Shown: positions 17,453 through 27,889, counted from the stretch's first letter. The stretch: DNA of 64,000 nt from an uncultured virus (IMG/VR IMGVR_UViG_3300029916_000002) (IMGVR_UViG_3300029916_000002), one strand, 5' to 3'. A program made the numbers and translations. Notes: a model not told the origin generated them from the letters alone.

Positions 17453-18319
17453 ATGGAATTAAAAACTTATTTTGCTCAAGACCAATTTGGAAATATTATT
17501 CCTAACGCCTCAGTTACGATGTATTTAACCGGAACTGATACTTTTGCGACTGGATTGGAAGACGCAAATGGAAATCCGCTTTTAAATCCATTTACTGCTG
17601 ATGCGAATGCAAAAATAGCCGTGAAAGCGCCAAACGGAATTTACGATCTCGTTACGGCATCGTCTGTTTATACCGCGCCACGAATGACTGTGGAATTTAT
17701 TGATGGTCAAGACGTTATTAATGCAGCCGCACAAGTTGCACTTGATGTTATTACAGCCGGAAACAGTGCAACTGCGTCCGCTGCGTCCGCCGTCTCATCA
17801 AGTGGCTTTGCAACAAATTCTCAGACATCCGCAACTGCGTCCGCTGCGTCGGCAGTTAATTCCGCAACCGCAGAAGCCGGATCGGAAAATATATTGTCTG
17901 AATGCCAATCTATATTAGAAGCGATTCAAACGGCGACAATCACCGACGAAGTATTTTATCCTAATCCGCCATCTGATCCTGACGGCACAATTGCTGGGCT
18001 TGCTGGAACAACAGTCGGTCAAGGATTTTTCGTCGTTCAGGGTGCTAATGTCACTCCAGCATTTAAATTCTATCAGCATATGTCAGACGGAACAGCGCAA
18101 TTATGGGCGCAGTTACCGGGGCAACAAGCTATCGACGTTGTGACCGCATTAGCTGAAAACAATGTCAATCAAGTCGCGACATTTTCTGCTATTCCTGCTA
18201 ATTCAGTAGGATTCTGGATGGTAGAAACTGATGAAACAAAAAATATCGGAATGCCAACTTTTTATTATTTACGCGCAGACGGAAAACGATTCTGGTTTGC
18301 TATGAATGCGGACAATTAA
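17453..18319 (+). CDS. Fibre/spike anchor-like structural protein
   Basis: N-terminal FAQDQFGNIIP...NPFTADAN...PNGIYDL domain, Ala/Ser-rich stalk, DPDGTIAGLAGT motif recalled from tailspike N-regions; GAGG RBS before 17453. Confidence 0.6.
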   Translation: MELKTYFAQDQFGNIIPNASVTMYLTGTDTFATGLEDANGNPLLNPFTADANAKIAVKAPNGIYDLVTASSVYTAPRMTVEFIDGQDVINAAAQVALDVITAGNSATASAASAVSSSGFATNSQTSATASAASAVNSATAEAGSENILSECQSILEAIQTATITDEVFYPNPPSDPDGTIAGLAGTTVGQGFFVVQGANVTPAFKFYQHMSDGTAQLWAQLPGQQAIDVVTALAENNVNQVATFSAIPANSVGFWMVETDETKNIGMPTFYYLRADGKRFWFAMNADN

Positions 18320-18321
18320 TT

Positions 18322-18657
18322 ATGCCAAATTTTCCAGTAACGACCAGCCCAGCACCTTATACATGGACAGATGCTAGCGGTACAGTCACCGCAGCAAATA
18401 CAGCACAAACCATTTTGGCTGCGAACGCAGCAATGATTGAATATCGATTGCAAAATTTATCGTTAACGCATTCGCTCTATTTTCGAGATTCAGGCGGAAA
18501 TGCGGTTATTTTAGCGCCGGGATCGTTTGGTTTGTCCCCCGGTTCAGGTGCTGGAACATTACAAGCCCCGGGGGGTACGGTGCAAAGTGACGCTCCAGCA
18601 GGATTGTCTGTTATTAGCGGATTGGCCGGCCATCCATATTCCCTGGTTTGGAGATAA
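18322..18657 (+). CDS. Small beta-rich structural protein of the fibre module
   Basis: DASGTVTAANTAQ...IEYRLQNLS; operon context. Confidence 0.55.
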   Translation: MPNFPVTTSPAPYTWTDASGTVTAANTAQTILAANAAMIEYRLQNLSLTHSLYFRDSGGNAVILAPGSFGLSPGSGAGTLQAPGGTVQSDAPAGLSVISGLAGHPYSLVWR

Positions 18658-18660
18658 TAA

Positions 18661-19962
18661 ATGTCTGGATATATAGAAAATTGGGGATACGGTCAGGGAG
18701 ATAGCGGAGGAAGCGGTAATTTACCAACATTTCCTGATGCTGGCGCGGCTAATGCATTGGCTATTCAAACGGCATCATATGTGCTGTTAATCGGGGACGT
18801 TTTCACGATAACGAATGTTGTTGCTAATAATACCGGGCCGACGACTATTTCAATCAATAGCGCAACTCCAGTTGCTATTGTCGGTTTGAATAACACTCCC
18901 ATGCAGGGCCATGAATTAGTTGCCGGGCTAGATGCTGTATTTTTCTTAAACTCTGTCGGCACTGTGACATTAATTTCTGCTATGGGTGGCGCATTACAAA
19001 TTGCTGATGGCGTACAAAATCATCACGCTATTACGATCGGACAGTTAGTAACCCAATTAGGGTTATATTTAAAAACATCGAATAATTTTTCTGAAATAGC
19101 GGCAGAAGGTTCCGCTGCACAATTAGCAGCACAAACTAATCTTGCCATTCCGCCGCCGTCTAATTATTTACAAGTTCCCAATTTATTAGATGAGATTTTA
19201 GCATTAGGACCGACCGCGCAAGCGACCGCACAAAGTAATTTAGGCATATCTAGCGGCGAAAGTGGTCCAGGAAGATTATTAGGAACCGCCTTGATCACTT
19301 CTTCACAGACGTATTCTATGCCAGCAGGCACGAATACTATTTATGCTGAAGTTTGCGGCGGCGGCGGCGGTAGCGGAGGATTGCCAGCAACTAGCTCAAC
19401 TCAACAAGCGGTGAATTTACCAGGGAAAGCCGGACCATGGGGTATCGTCGAAATTCCGGTTTCTCAATTATCTACCCATGCATCAAACACAATAATAGTT
19501 TCAATTGGGGCGGGCGGAGCAGCAGGATCGGGAGCAACGGCAGGATCGGCAGGTGGGAATACTACAATTGACACGAATTTAGTGGTGATAAGTGGTGGAT
19601 TGGGTAGCAGTTCTGATTCTGCAAGAACTGCTACGACTCCTTACATCTCAAATGAAATTCCCCCAACAACAAATACTTATATTTTTACTGCGACTAGTCC
19701 ATCTATTATAATTTCATCAAAAAATTTAGATGGAACTGATTATGTTAGAATTTCTAAATCAGTTGGATGGATAACTACCGGAATCTTCATATTTGGTAAT
19801 GCTGGCGGATCGCCTATTTTTTCTGCATTCGGTAAGAATTTCTTTTCGACTGGTGATTATGGATGTGGTGGCACTGGTCAGCTATATGGAATTAGCAACA
19901 GTGGTGCGGAAAATGGAATAGCTGGTAACTCTGGCGCAGTACGTTTGTGGTTTTATTCCTAA
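18661..19962 (+). CDS. Accessory fibre A (2 NNLSEI-type repeats, Gly-rich C-terminal domain)
   Basis: Paralogue of 19980..21959; AEVCGGGGGSG ... G.SGAVRLWFYS end. Confidence 0.75.
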   Translation: MSGYIENWGYGQGDSGGSGNLPTFPDAGAANALAIQTASYVLLIGDVFTITNVVANNTGPTTISINSATPVAIVGLNNTPMQGHELVAGLDAVFFLNSVGTVTLISAMGGALQIADGVQNHHAITIGQLVTQLGLYLKTSNNFSEIAAEGSAAQLAAQTNLAIPPPSNYLQVPNLLDEILALGPTAQATAQSNLGISSGESGPGRLLGTALITSSQTYSMPAGTNTIYAEVCGGGGGSGGLPATSSTQQAVNLPGKAGPWGIVEIPVSQLSTHASNTIIVSIGAGGAAGSGATAGSAGGNTTIDTNLVVISGGLGSSSDSARTATTPYISNEIPPTTNTYIFTATSPSIIISSKNLDGTDYVRISKSVGWITTGIFIFGNAGGSPIFSAFGKNFFSTGDYGCGGTGQLYGISNSGAENGIAGNSGAVRLWFYS

Positions 19963-19979
19963 TTAAGAGGCATAATAAA

Positions 19980-21959
19980 ATGGGACAAATGAATAATTGG
20001 GGATATAACGTATCTGGCGGCGGCGGAAGTAGCTCGCCACTGACATTCCCCGACTCCGGGGTTGTAAACGCATTAGCAATTATGCCCGGAGCGATCAATA
20101 TTTTAGATGGTTATATTTTTACTGTAACGGGAATCATCGCTAGCAATACTGGCGCAACAACTATTTCTATAAACAATGGCTCTCCGATAAATATTGTCGG
20201 TATGAATAATTTAGCGTTACAGGGAGGGGAATTAACAGCCTCGTTTGACGCTGAATTTTTGCTGAATTCTGCCGGAACTGCTACGTTATTAGGAACGAGT
20301 AATGGATCTTTGCCTATTAAGGGCGGAACACAAACTAATCAGGCTATTAATTATGGACAATTGCAAGGCGCAATAACTACGATTTTAGCTGAGACATTAC
20401 AGACAAATAATAATTTATCTGAAATTGAAGCTAGAGGCGCAACGGCGCAAAATGCCGCTAAGGCTAATTTAGCAATTCCGTCTCCGTCCACCTTTTTGCA
20501 AGTCTCAAATTTATTGAGTGAAATAGAGGCGCTAGGCCCAACTGCGCAAGAAACGGCGCAAACTAATTTGGGTGTAAGTACGGCAGGATTTTTGCAAGTC
20601 GCAAATTTATTGAGTGAGATTGCAGCTCTTGGAGCGCCAGATCAGGCTACCGCGTTAGCAAATTTAGGTGGACAAAAATCAGGGCTTTCGCTATTAATTG
20701 CGAATTATTTATCTGAAATTTCGGCGGCTGGATCGGTAGCGCAAACCTCAGCGCGAAACAATATCGGGGCGCAACAAGCGGGCGTTTCATTGTTGACCGC
20801 GAATAATCTTTCTGAGATTGAAGCCGCTGGACCGTTGGCACAATCAGCCGCCCAAACTAATTTGGGAATATCATTATCTGGATATTTAAAAACATCCAAT
20901 AATCTTTCAGAAATAGCCGCCGCAGGGCCAACCGCTCAATCATCTGCGCGAACAAATATAGGCGCTCAGCAAACAGGATTGGCCTTATTAATTGCAAATC
21001 TTTTTTCTGAGATAGCAGCGTTAGGAAGTGCATCACAAGCAACTGCCCGCACTAATTTGGGTATAATTTTATCAAATTTCTTGCAAGCCTCGAATAATCT
21101 ATCTGATGTGGCAAACGCTGCAACAGCAAGAAATAATTTAGGCGCTCAGCAATCTGGATTATCTCTACTAATTGCAAATAATCTTTCTGAAATTGCAGTG
21201 GCAGGATCAGCAGCACAAGCAGCAGCGCAGGCCAATTTAGGAATAAGTAGCGGCGGCGGAAGCGCTGGAGAATTATTAGGAGTTGCATTAATAACTTCTT
21301 CTCAGACTTTCACTTTGTTAACGGGAACAAATACTATTATAGCGGAGATCGTTGGCGGCGGATCGGCTTCAGCAGGAACTTCTACCACATCTTCACTTCA
21401 ATATTCCGCTTCTACGCCTGGATGTCCGGGTGTATATGGAAAATTAGAATTTAAGAAAAGTTTATTATCGACAGAATCTAACAATACAATAATAATCACA
21501 ATTGGCGCTGGAGGTGGCGTGGGAACTGGTGGGGGAGCTTCTACAATTGATAGTCCAGCAATCATTTCTTGTGGTGGTGGTGCGGCATCGGCGGCGACCG
21601 CTGCGCAAGAATTAGGAACCAGTACGACGCCGTTATTAGTTCCAAAAACATTAAATTCGTCAGGAGTAACTTCAATGGTTTTGACTGTTGCTTCTAATGT
21701 AACTATTTTATCTAGTAAAAACGTTTCTGGAATAGATTGGATAACTGACAGTCCCTTAACTGGGTGGATAAGTTCTACTATGATTTTTAAGCCTGATTCA
21801 ACTAGTAACGTTACTGAATCAGGATACGCAAGTAAAACATATTTTCCTATAGATTATTATGGTAAGGGCGGATCTTCAGAATTTGCAGGAACTTCTAACG
21901 CATCAGTGACTGGACAGTCAGGTACAGCAGGAGCAGTATTGTTATATATGTATTCTTAA
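19980..21959 (+). CDS. Accessory fibre B (9 NNLSEI-type repeats, Gly-rich C-terminal domain)
   Basis: Start moved to MGQMNNWG after GAGG; repeats L..AN.LSEI...G..AQ..A..N(L/I)G. Confidence 0.8.
   Translation: MGQMNNWGYNVSGGGGSSSPLTFPDSGVVNALAIMPGAINILDGYIFTVTGIIASNTGATTISINNGSPINIVGMNNLALQGGELTASFDAEFLLNSAGTATLLGTSNGSLPIKGGTQTNQAINYGQLQGAITTILAETLQTNNNLSEIEARGATAQNAAKANLAIPSPSTFLQVSNLLSEIEALGPTAQETAQTNLGVSTAGFLQVANLLSEIAALGAPDQATALANLGGQKSGLSLLIANYLSEISAAGSVAQTSARNNIGAQQAGVSLLTANNLSEIEAAGPLAQSAAQTNLGISLSGYLKTSNNLSEIAAAGPTAQSSARTNIGAQQTGLALLIANLFSEIAALGSASQATARTNLGIILSNFLQASNNLSDVANAATARNNLGAQQSGLSLLIANNLSEIAVAGSAAQAAAQANLGISSGGGSAGELLGVALITSSQTFTLLTGTNTIIAEIVGGGSASAGTSTTSSLQYSASTPGCPGVYGKLEFKKSLLSTESNNTIIITIGAGGGVGTGGGASTIDSPAIISCGGGAASAATAAQELGTSTTPLLVPKTLNSSGVTSMVLTVASNVTILSSKNVSGIDWITDSPLTGWISSTMIFKPDSTSNVTESGYASKTYFPIDYYGKGGSSEFAGTSNASVTGQSGTAGAVLLYMYS
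20398..21245 (+). repeat. Nine degenerate ~28-33 aa tandem repeats in fibre B
   Basis: Counted in the translation: NNLSEI, NLLSEI, NLLSEI, NYLSEI, NNLSEI, NNLSEI, NLFSEI, NNLSDV, NNLSEI. Confidence 0.85.
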
Positions 21960-21973
21960 TTAGGAGCTTAAAA

Positions 21974-22159
21974 ATGTCAAATTATGCAATGGTAGAAAAT
22001 GGCGTTGTGGTTAATATTATTGTTTGGGATGGAGTAACGCCATATAATCCAGGCCCACAATATACTCTAGTCATTGTTCCAGACGGCGTATTTTGCGCGA
22101 TTGGCTATTTATGGGATGCGACGAGTGGATTTACCGCACCGCCGCAAACTGGACAGTAA
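21974..22159 (+). CDS. Small fibre assembly/tip protein
   Basis: YAMVENGVVVNIIVWDG...IGYLWD...F.PP pattern typical of genes following Gly-rich fibres; AGGAG RBS. Confidence 0.7.
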   Translation: MSNYAMVENGVVVNIIVWDGVTPYNPGPQYTLVIVPDGVFCAIGYLWDATSGFTAPPQTGQ

Positions 22160-22162
22160 TTA

Positions 22163-22768
22163 ATGCTAAAACCAAAAAAATCTTTAGTGCGTAAACATAT
22201 TGAAGTGCTAAACGATTTAAAGGGTTATACAATTGAGGCCGGATTTTTCGAAAGTGCTCGATATAGATCTGTTAATGGAGAACCCGGCCCATCAGTAGCT
22301 TATATTGCTAGAATAAATAATGATGGCGCAACAATTACTATTCCCGCACATACTCAGACGATTATTAATGAATTTAAGATAGATAGAAAAGGAAAGATAA
22401 TATATAAATTCGTTAAACATGGAAAAGGAAAATATGCGCAAAAAAGCGTTGTAGTTATTCCGTCCCATAAAGTAACGATTCCGGCGCGGCCATTTATGAC
22501 GTATGCATACGAATTATTTGTCAAAGGTAAAAGTCGGTTTATGAAGAATTTGGCCGAACGCATGTTCCATGAAAATATACCCGCAGATCAAGCGCTTAAA
22601 GATGTTGCTGATTATCTAGAATACTGTATTATAAGAAGTATTAAAAATGGCGATTGGACGCCCAACGCCCCGAGCACTAAAGCCCGGAAGGGTTTCGATA
22701 AGCCGTTGATAGATAAGGGTACCATGTGGCAAGCGGTCACTAGCATGATAATCAAGAAAGGATCTTAA
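22163..22768 (+). CDS. Neck/tail-completion protein (virion morphogenesis family)
   Basis: IPARPF and PNAPST...KGFDKPLID.G motifs. Confidence 0.75.
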   Translation: MLKPKKSLVRKHIEVLNDLKGYTIEAGFFESARYRSVNGEPGPSVAYIARINNDGATITIPAHTQTIINEFKIDRKGKIIYKFVKHGKGKYAQKSVVVIPSHKVTIPARPFMTYAYELFVKGKSRFMKNLAERMFHENIPADQALKDVADYLEYCIIRSIKNGDWTPNAPSTKARKGFDKPLIDKGTMWQAVTSMIIKKGS

Positions 22769-22770
22769 TT

Positions 22771-24294
22771 GTGATTAGTCAAACAAGATATGTCGATATT
22801 ATATCGGGCGTTGGCGCTGGTGCTGGAGTTGCCGCGCGTCAAATGATCTTACGTCTAATAACGCAAAATACATTAGTACCGCCCGGCGTGGTATTAGAAT
22901 TCACATCATCTGATGATGTCGGATCTTATTTCGGGTTAACTAGTGAAGAATATTTACGATCAGTAATGTATTTTTCATTTATTAGCAAAAATATTACTTC
23001 GCCAACTCGAATTAGTTTCGCGCGTTGGGTTGATATTGCAATCGCTCCGATGATTATTGGCGATGCTGTAGAGAAAACTTTATCTCAATTTACGGCAATT
23101 TCTACCGGGACATTAACGTTAAATAGTAATGGAACTCCGGTAACTTTTGGACCTATTAACTTTACGGGTGTATCCAATTTGACCGCCGCCGCCACGATAT
23201 TGCAAACGGCATTGCGAGCGTCGTTAGATCCTCAATTGGCGGCAACATCTACAGTCACATATAATACCAATACAAATCAATTTGTATTGACTGGAGTAAT
23301 TACTGGAACCGGGAATTTAACCGCCGTTCCTACCAGCCTTAGCACAGATATTTCGGCACTTCTGGGATGGACGACTGGAGGCACCGTTATTGTGGCCGGT
23401 CAGATCGCCGATACGCCATTATTGGCCGTTACAAAAAGTGTTGCTGTGAGTAATAATTTTGCCACGTTTTCGTTATGTACTCCAGCCACTCCATTGTTAA
23501 ATTCTGATATTACGGCGATTGCACAATGGACTGATTCGCAAAATAACAATTATGTTTATTCTCTCTCGACTCCTGAATCAAATGTCCAAGCGTTATTTGC
23601 GTTGATTAAAGGATATTCTGGAGTTGGAATAAATAATTTAAGTGCGACGCAGCCTAACGATTATATCGAACAAGTTCCAGCAGATATTGCCGCAGCGACG
23701 GATTATACCGCCGCGAATTCTACGCAAAATTTTATGTTTTATCAATTTCCTAATCTTAACGTTACTGCATCGGACGATACGAACGCTAATCTGTTAGATG
23801 CAAACAGATCCAACTATATCGGTATCACACAAACCAACGGTCAGACGTTATCGTTTTATCAGCGCGGCGTATTGTGCGGCGGAGCTACCGCAGCGACAGA
23901 TATGAATACGTTTTATAATGAGATTTATTTAAAATCTGACATTGGCTCCAGTCTTTTTACTTTTTTTCTAACAGCGTCTATTGTTCCGGCTACCGTGAGC
24001 GGAGCCGCGTCTTTGCGTCTTGTCATTCAAGATCCTATTACCAGGGCGAAGAATAGCGGAATTATTGCAGCAGGTTCATCTTTAACGGTGGAACAGCAAC
24101 AATATATAACAAGTCTTTCCGCCGATCCTAATGCATGGCGTCAAATTCAATCAATAGGCTATTGGCTGAACGTGATTTTTAATTCGCAAATTAACGCGAA
24201 TAGTGGTTTAACGGAATGGTTTGCAAATTACGTTTTAATTTATGCCAAAAATAATGCGATTAGATCGGTAACTGGTAACGACGTCCTGATCTAA
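22771..24294 (+). CDS. Tail sheath protein (DUF3383-like)
   Basis: ISQTRYVDIISGVG, V..YFG..SEEY and FYQRGVLCG motifs; 507 aa. Confidence 0.88.
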   Translation: MISQTRYVDIISGVGAGAGVAARQMILRLITQNTLVPPGVVLEFTSSDDVGSYFGLTSEEYLRSVMYFSFISKNITSPTRISFARWVDIAIAPMIIGDAVEKTLSQFTAISTGTLTLNSNGTPVTFGPINFTGVSNLTAAATILQTALRASLDPQLAATSTVTYNTNTNQFVLTGVITGTGNLTAVPTSLSTDISALLGWTTGGTVIVAGQIADTPLLAVTKSVAVSNNFATFSLCTPATPLLNSDITAIAQWTDSQNNNYVYSLSTPESNVQALFALIKGYSGVGINNLSATQPNDYIEQVPADIAAATDYTAANSTQNFMFYQFPNLNVTASDDTNANLLDANRSNYIGITQTNGQTLSFYQRGVLCGGATAATDMNTFYNEIYLKSDIGSSLFTFFLTASIVPATVSGAASLRLVIQDPITRAKNSGIIAAGSSLTVEQQQYITSLSADPNAWRQIQSIGYWLNVIFNSQINANSGLTEWFANYVLIYAKNNAIRSVTGNDVLI

Positions 24295-24313
24295 GTAAAG
24301 GAGATTTAATAAA

Positions 24314-24781
24314 ATGACTCAAAATATATCAGGATTTGGCGAGACAACCAATATTAAAGCGTCGAACACGTTTTCGAATGGATTTAATTTCAACGAATAC
24401 GCAGACGATGCAGATCCGATGGACTCGCCGGATTATACGGTTGCGGATGCCGGTTTCGGTTTGAACGGTCATATGGTTTTCTGGGTAAAACCGCAAGGGA
24501 TTGAAGTAGTTTACAATATGTTACCGTTGACTCCAGGAGATATTAATTTATCTATTTTGACGGAAGCAAATCGCGCGGGATTAGGGAAAACTTCGGCAGG
24601 CGATATTATCACTTTGGTTCACACTTATCCTACTGGTCAGATTATTACGCTGAACAATGGCGTTATAATCACGGGTAATTTAGTGTCAAGCACGGCCAGT
24701 AACGGGCGGCTGAAAACTCACTTATACCGGTTCCGGTTCGAGAATATGGATAAGTCGAACGTTCCGACCGCGACCGCATAA
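24314..24781 (+). CDS. Tail tube protein
   Basis: NISGFG...ASNTF..GF...ADDADP; follows the sheath. Confidence 0.82.
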   Translation: MTQNISGFGETTNIKASNTFSNGFNFNEYADDADPMDSPDYTVADAGFGLNGHMVFWVKPQGIEVVYNMLPLTPGDINLSILTEANRAGLGKTSAGDIITLVHTYPTGQIITLNNGVIITGNLVSSTASNGRLKTHLYRFRFENMDKSNVPTATA

Positions 24782-24782
24782 T

Positions 24783-25130
24783 ATGCAGCAAATTTTATTA
24801 TCTCCAGTGCCTAATCAAAGCATCGCCTTTAATATTGACGGCGCTTACTGGCAAATACATGTCTACACAAGCATTTATTTTGTTTGCGTAGACATTGTGT
24901 GTAACGGAAATAATGTTATTAATGGGGCGCGGGCGTTTGCTGGCGTTCCATTAATTCCGTTTGCTTATTTACAAGCGCCATTCGGTAATTTTATTTTTGA
25001 TTCAGATGCCGACTGGAACAATTTTCAAACGACTTGTAATTTATATTATTTGACGGCTGATGAATTCGCAGAATATAACACAACTATTAAAGAGACTTTG
25101 ATCTATGGCAATAACAACGTTACAAGTTGA
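24783..25130 (+). CDS. Baseplate/sheath-initiator protein
   Basis: L.PVPNQS ... GNFIF ... F...C.LYY pattern. Confidence 0.6.
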   Translation: MQQILLSPVPNQSIAFNIDGAYWQIHVYTSIYFVCVDIVCNGNNVINGARAFAGVPLIPFAYLQAPFGNFIFDSDADWNNFQTTCNLYYLTADEFAEYNTTIKETLIYGNNNVTS

Positions 25131-25455
25131 TGATAACAACGACCTATTTTTGCCTGATGGCCGAAATTTTGGCGTATTAACTGGCGTTGATGCTCTGGCG
25201 CAGGATCTTAAATTGGCCGGATTAATGCGAACTGGAGAAGATATTTATGACACTACAAACGGAGTCGATTATCTAGGCACTATTTTTACGCCGCAGGTTA
25301 ATTATGATCTGGCTCGGGCTTCTATTTCCAATGCAATCTTAAAAAAGCCTGATGTTCTAAGTATTAAATCGTTAGTTCTAACTATCGGTGATAATATTTT
25401 TTCGTACACCGCAGATGTATCGACTATTTACGGAAATTTAACTACGGGAAATTAA
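25105..25455 (+). CDS. Baseplate wedge/sheath initiator (gp25/gp46-like)
   Basis: GE.IYD...GVDY ... TIYG pattern. Confidence 0.65.
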   Translation: MAITTLQVDDNNDLFLPDGRNFGVLTGVDALAQDLKLAGLMRTGEDIYDTTNGVDYLGTIFTPQVNYDLARASISNAILKKPDVLSIKSLVLTIGDNIFSYTADVSTIYGNLTTGN

Positions 25456-25456
25456 T

Positions 25457-25768
25457 ATGACTAACAAAATTCAATTTGCGCATGGCGTTATGGTTTTTGC
25501 AAATAATTTTAGTAAACGAGAATATCCGCCCGAACCGGAATCTAAAGTGAAATCAAGCAAACCGGCGGCAATCACGACTCAACCCGCTACAGCAGGCGCG
25601 GCGAATCTGTCCAACCCGGCTCCGGTACTAAGCCCGGCACAACTGGCCGCAGCTCAGAAAGTGGAACAAGAAGAACAGGCGCGAGCGCAAGCGGAAGCCG
25701 CAGAAAAAGTCAAAGTAGTTGCGCCGGTGGAACCCGTCAAGGCGGCGGTTCAGCCCGCAGCAAAATAA
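25457..25768 (+). CDS. Ala/Pro-rich hypothetical protein
   Basis: In the tail operon; low complexity. Confidence 0.6.
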   Translation: MTNKIQFAHGVMVFANNFSKREYPPEPESKVKSSKPAAITTQPATAGAANLSNPAPVLSPAQLAAAQKVEQEEQARAQAEAAEKVKVVAPVEPVKAAVQPAAK

Positions 25769-25777
25769 GGAAATTTT

Positions 25778-26275
25778 ATGCAAGACGTAAGCGGATTTGG
25801 CACTACAATAAATTTATTAGCGGTGCAAACGTTTCCTCTAGGTTTCACCATTAGTCAATTTTCTGATGATGTCGATCCGCTTACGGCTGAAGCGGTAGAA
25901 CCGGCTGGATATGAATTGCTTTATGACGGATCTATATTTACTTTTTCGAAAGCATCAGTTATCAAAGTCGGAATATCCGTGATTGCCGACAGCGACGATG
26001 ATATTAATTTAAAGATTTTATTGCAAAGTAGAAGTATCGTGACTAATTTATTGCCGATCGAAGATTTTGTTAGTGTTTCTATTAATTACCCTAATAATGG
26101 ATTAATTCTCTTGACGAATGGAACTATTATAAACGGTCCATTGGTTAATTCAATTTCGACTAGCGGTAAGAAAAAAAGTAACACTTTTAATTTTGCTTTC
26201 GGAGTTTTCGCCGGAATGCAAACAGCAAAGGAAATTGCCGCGACTATCGTCACTAGCGCTTTGAGCATACTATAA
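25778..26275 (+). CDS. Tail-tube paralogue (tube initiator)
   Basis: DVSGFG...TFPLGF.ISQFSDDVDP, clearly similar to 24314..24781. Confidence 0.78.
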   Translation: MQDVSGFGTTINLLAVQTFPLGFTISQFSDDVDPLTAEAVEPAGYELLYDGSIFTFSKASVIKVGISVIADSDDDINLKILLQSRSIVTNLLPIEDFVSVSINYPNNGLILLTNGTIINGPLVNSISTSGKKKSNTFNFAFGVFAGMQTAKEIAATIVTSALSIL

Positions 26276-26835
26276 TGTCAAACTCATTAGCTCAATATGT
26301 CACTTTCGGAACAAGCTTTTCGCTAACCAATTTTGTTAGCGGATCTATATCTCTATCTGGAATTTATATTCAACGCGTTACGATGCATTTATCATCTAGT
26401 TTATTTGATAATCGTCGAGAAGATGGAACGAGTATCGTAGATGCTAGAGTTTTATTGCCAACTTCTATTGATGTAGATGTTATTTGCGGGACAATTGATG
26501 CAGTAGAAAAAATTAATAATATTCTGAAAGATATTAATTCAATATATACGATAACAAGTAAAGGATTAACTTTTCAGAATTTAACATTAAAAAATAATAG
26601 TATTATCCAATCGCCTGATGTTTTATCAGCATCACCAATTAAATTAAGTTTTCAACAACGCTTATTGCAAAATAATAATAATCCGACTTGTGCGCAAACT
26701 GGCGATGCTTCCGTCATAGATAATGGCATCACAAATCTGAAAAATAATTTAAATTCAGCGACCAATTCCATAGAAAGCGCGGCCACATCTGTATCAAGTT
26801 TTACTAGCAATCTATTTAAAAACGCTTTCTCATAG
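26275..26835 (+). CDS. Baseplate/tube-initiator protein
   Basis: EDGTSIVDARVLLP; paralogue of 26844..27452. Confidence 0.6.
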   Translation: MSNSLAQYVTFGTSFSLTNFVSGSISLSGIYIQRVTMHLSSSLFDNRREDGTSIVDARVLLPTSIDVDVICGTIDAVEKINNILKDINSIYTITSKGLTFQNLTLKNNSIIQSPDVLSASPIKLSFQQRLLQNNNNPTCAQTGDASVIDNGITNLKNNLNSATNSIESAATSVSSFTSNLFKNAFS

Positions 26836-26843
26836 GGAATAAT

Positions 26844-27452
26844 ATGCCGAATACTGTACTTTCCTTATTATCAAATAGTGGCAGCATATCAATTATTGAC
26901 GAAAGAAAAAATACGCCAGTAATGCAAAGTCTTAAAATAAAATCAGTCACTATTGAAAACTTAGCTGATGTTAGTGAATTGCCACTGGCCGATTCACAAT
27001 TAAATAGCACGGTAATTTTTAAAAGTACTCAGCGTAGCGATCTTGGAGCCGGTAAGGTTGTGATGCCGTCAAGAGTCACCGTAGATGCTTTTTCCGATGA
27101 TGTATCAGTAACGGCTAGTTTATTCTCTGAATGGGAAGATTTAGAATCCTCTATTAAAATAATAACCAGATCTGTTATAATTCAATATCTGGTTATTATT
27201 GATATCGTTGTAACTCAATCTCCAGACATGCTCGATGCATCGCAAATAAATATTATTTTTCAACAAACAAGTGCACCGACTATAGGATCTTATACGCCGC
27301 AACAGTCTGGCGATAGTTCGATGGTCGGAACATCTTTCGAAACTCCGACAAGTTTAACGACTACCGTAAGTAATTTCGCTTCACAAATACAAAGTAAAAT
27401 TGCATCGGCGGGAACTTTTATTTCAAATATCCCAAATCAATTAGGTATATAA
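26844..27452 (+). CDS. Baseplate/tube-initiator protein
   Basis: Shares QSPD.L.AS.I...FQQ ... Q.GD.S with 26275..26835. Confidence 0.6.
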   Translation: MPNTVLSLLSNSGSISIIDERKNTPVMQSLKIKSVTIENLADVSELPLADSQLNSTVIFKSTQRSDLGAGKVVMPSRVTVDAFSDDVSVTASLFSEWEDLESSIKIITRSVIIQYLVIIDIVVTQSPDMLDASQINIIFQQTSAPTIGSYTPQQSGDSSMVGTSFETPTSLTTTVSNFASQIQSKIASAGTFISNIPNQLGI

Positions 27453-27453
27453 G

Positions 27454-27885
27454 ATGGAAAAAATAATAGAAATTGCCGTAGACGGAAAACAAAAACTTAT
27501 TAATCTATACAAATTCGCGGCTATGGATGGATGGGATTTGCAACGTCGTTTTCTTGAATTTTCAGAAAGTAAGGATCCTTTTGAACGTCGGCAATACACC
27601 ATGGATATTTTGTCTTACGCGAAAGTGCGATTGCAATCTAATGAATTGCCGTTATCTACAGATGCGCTAATAGATAATCATCTTCAAACATGGGAAAATA
27701 TTAAAATAGTGTTTGAAGAAATTCTTAAATATAACGGAATAGATCCCGTTCACCATGCAGAAGAAGATGTAAAACGTTATTGGAGCAGGGCTGGCGAAGA
27801 AATGGCAACGTCTTTTCTGGCTGAAATGTCAAATTTAATGGGACCGATAATAGAATATACATCTAAGAATCAGAAGAAGGAATAA
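27454..27885 (+). CDS. Probable tail assembly chaperone
   Basis: Immediately upstream of the tape measure gene. Confidence 0.55.
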   Translation: MEKIIEIAVDGKQKLINLYKFAAMDGWDLQRRFLEFSESKDPFERRQYTMDILSYAKVRLQSNELPLSTDALIDNHLQTWENIKIVFEEILKYNGIDPVHHAEEDVKRYWSRAGEEMATSFLAEMSNLMGPIIEYTSKNQKKE

Positions 27886-27889
27886 TAAG

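Noticed and set aside
17768..17850. 20-bp direct repeat GCAACTGCGTCCGCTGCGTC
   Set aside because: Encodes the repeated ATASAAS stalk peptide; an in-frame coding duplication only.
18661..21959. Diversity-generating retroelement or invertible fibre switch
   Set aside because: No reverse transcriptase or invertase is seen, and there is no near-identical TR/VR pair or inverted crossover sites; the paralogues are diverged throughout.
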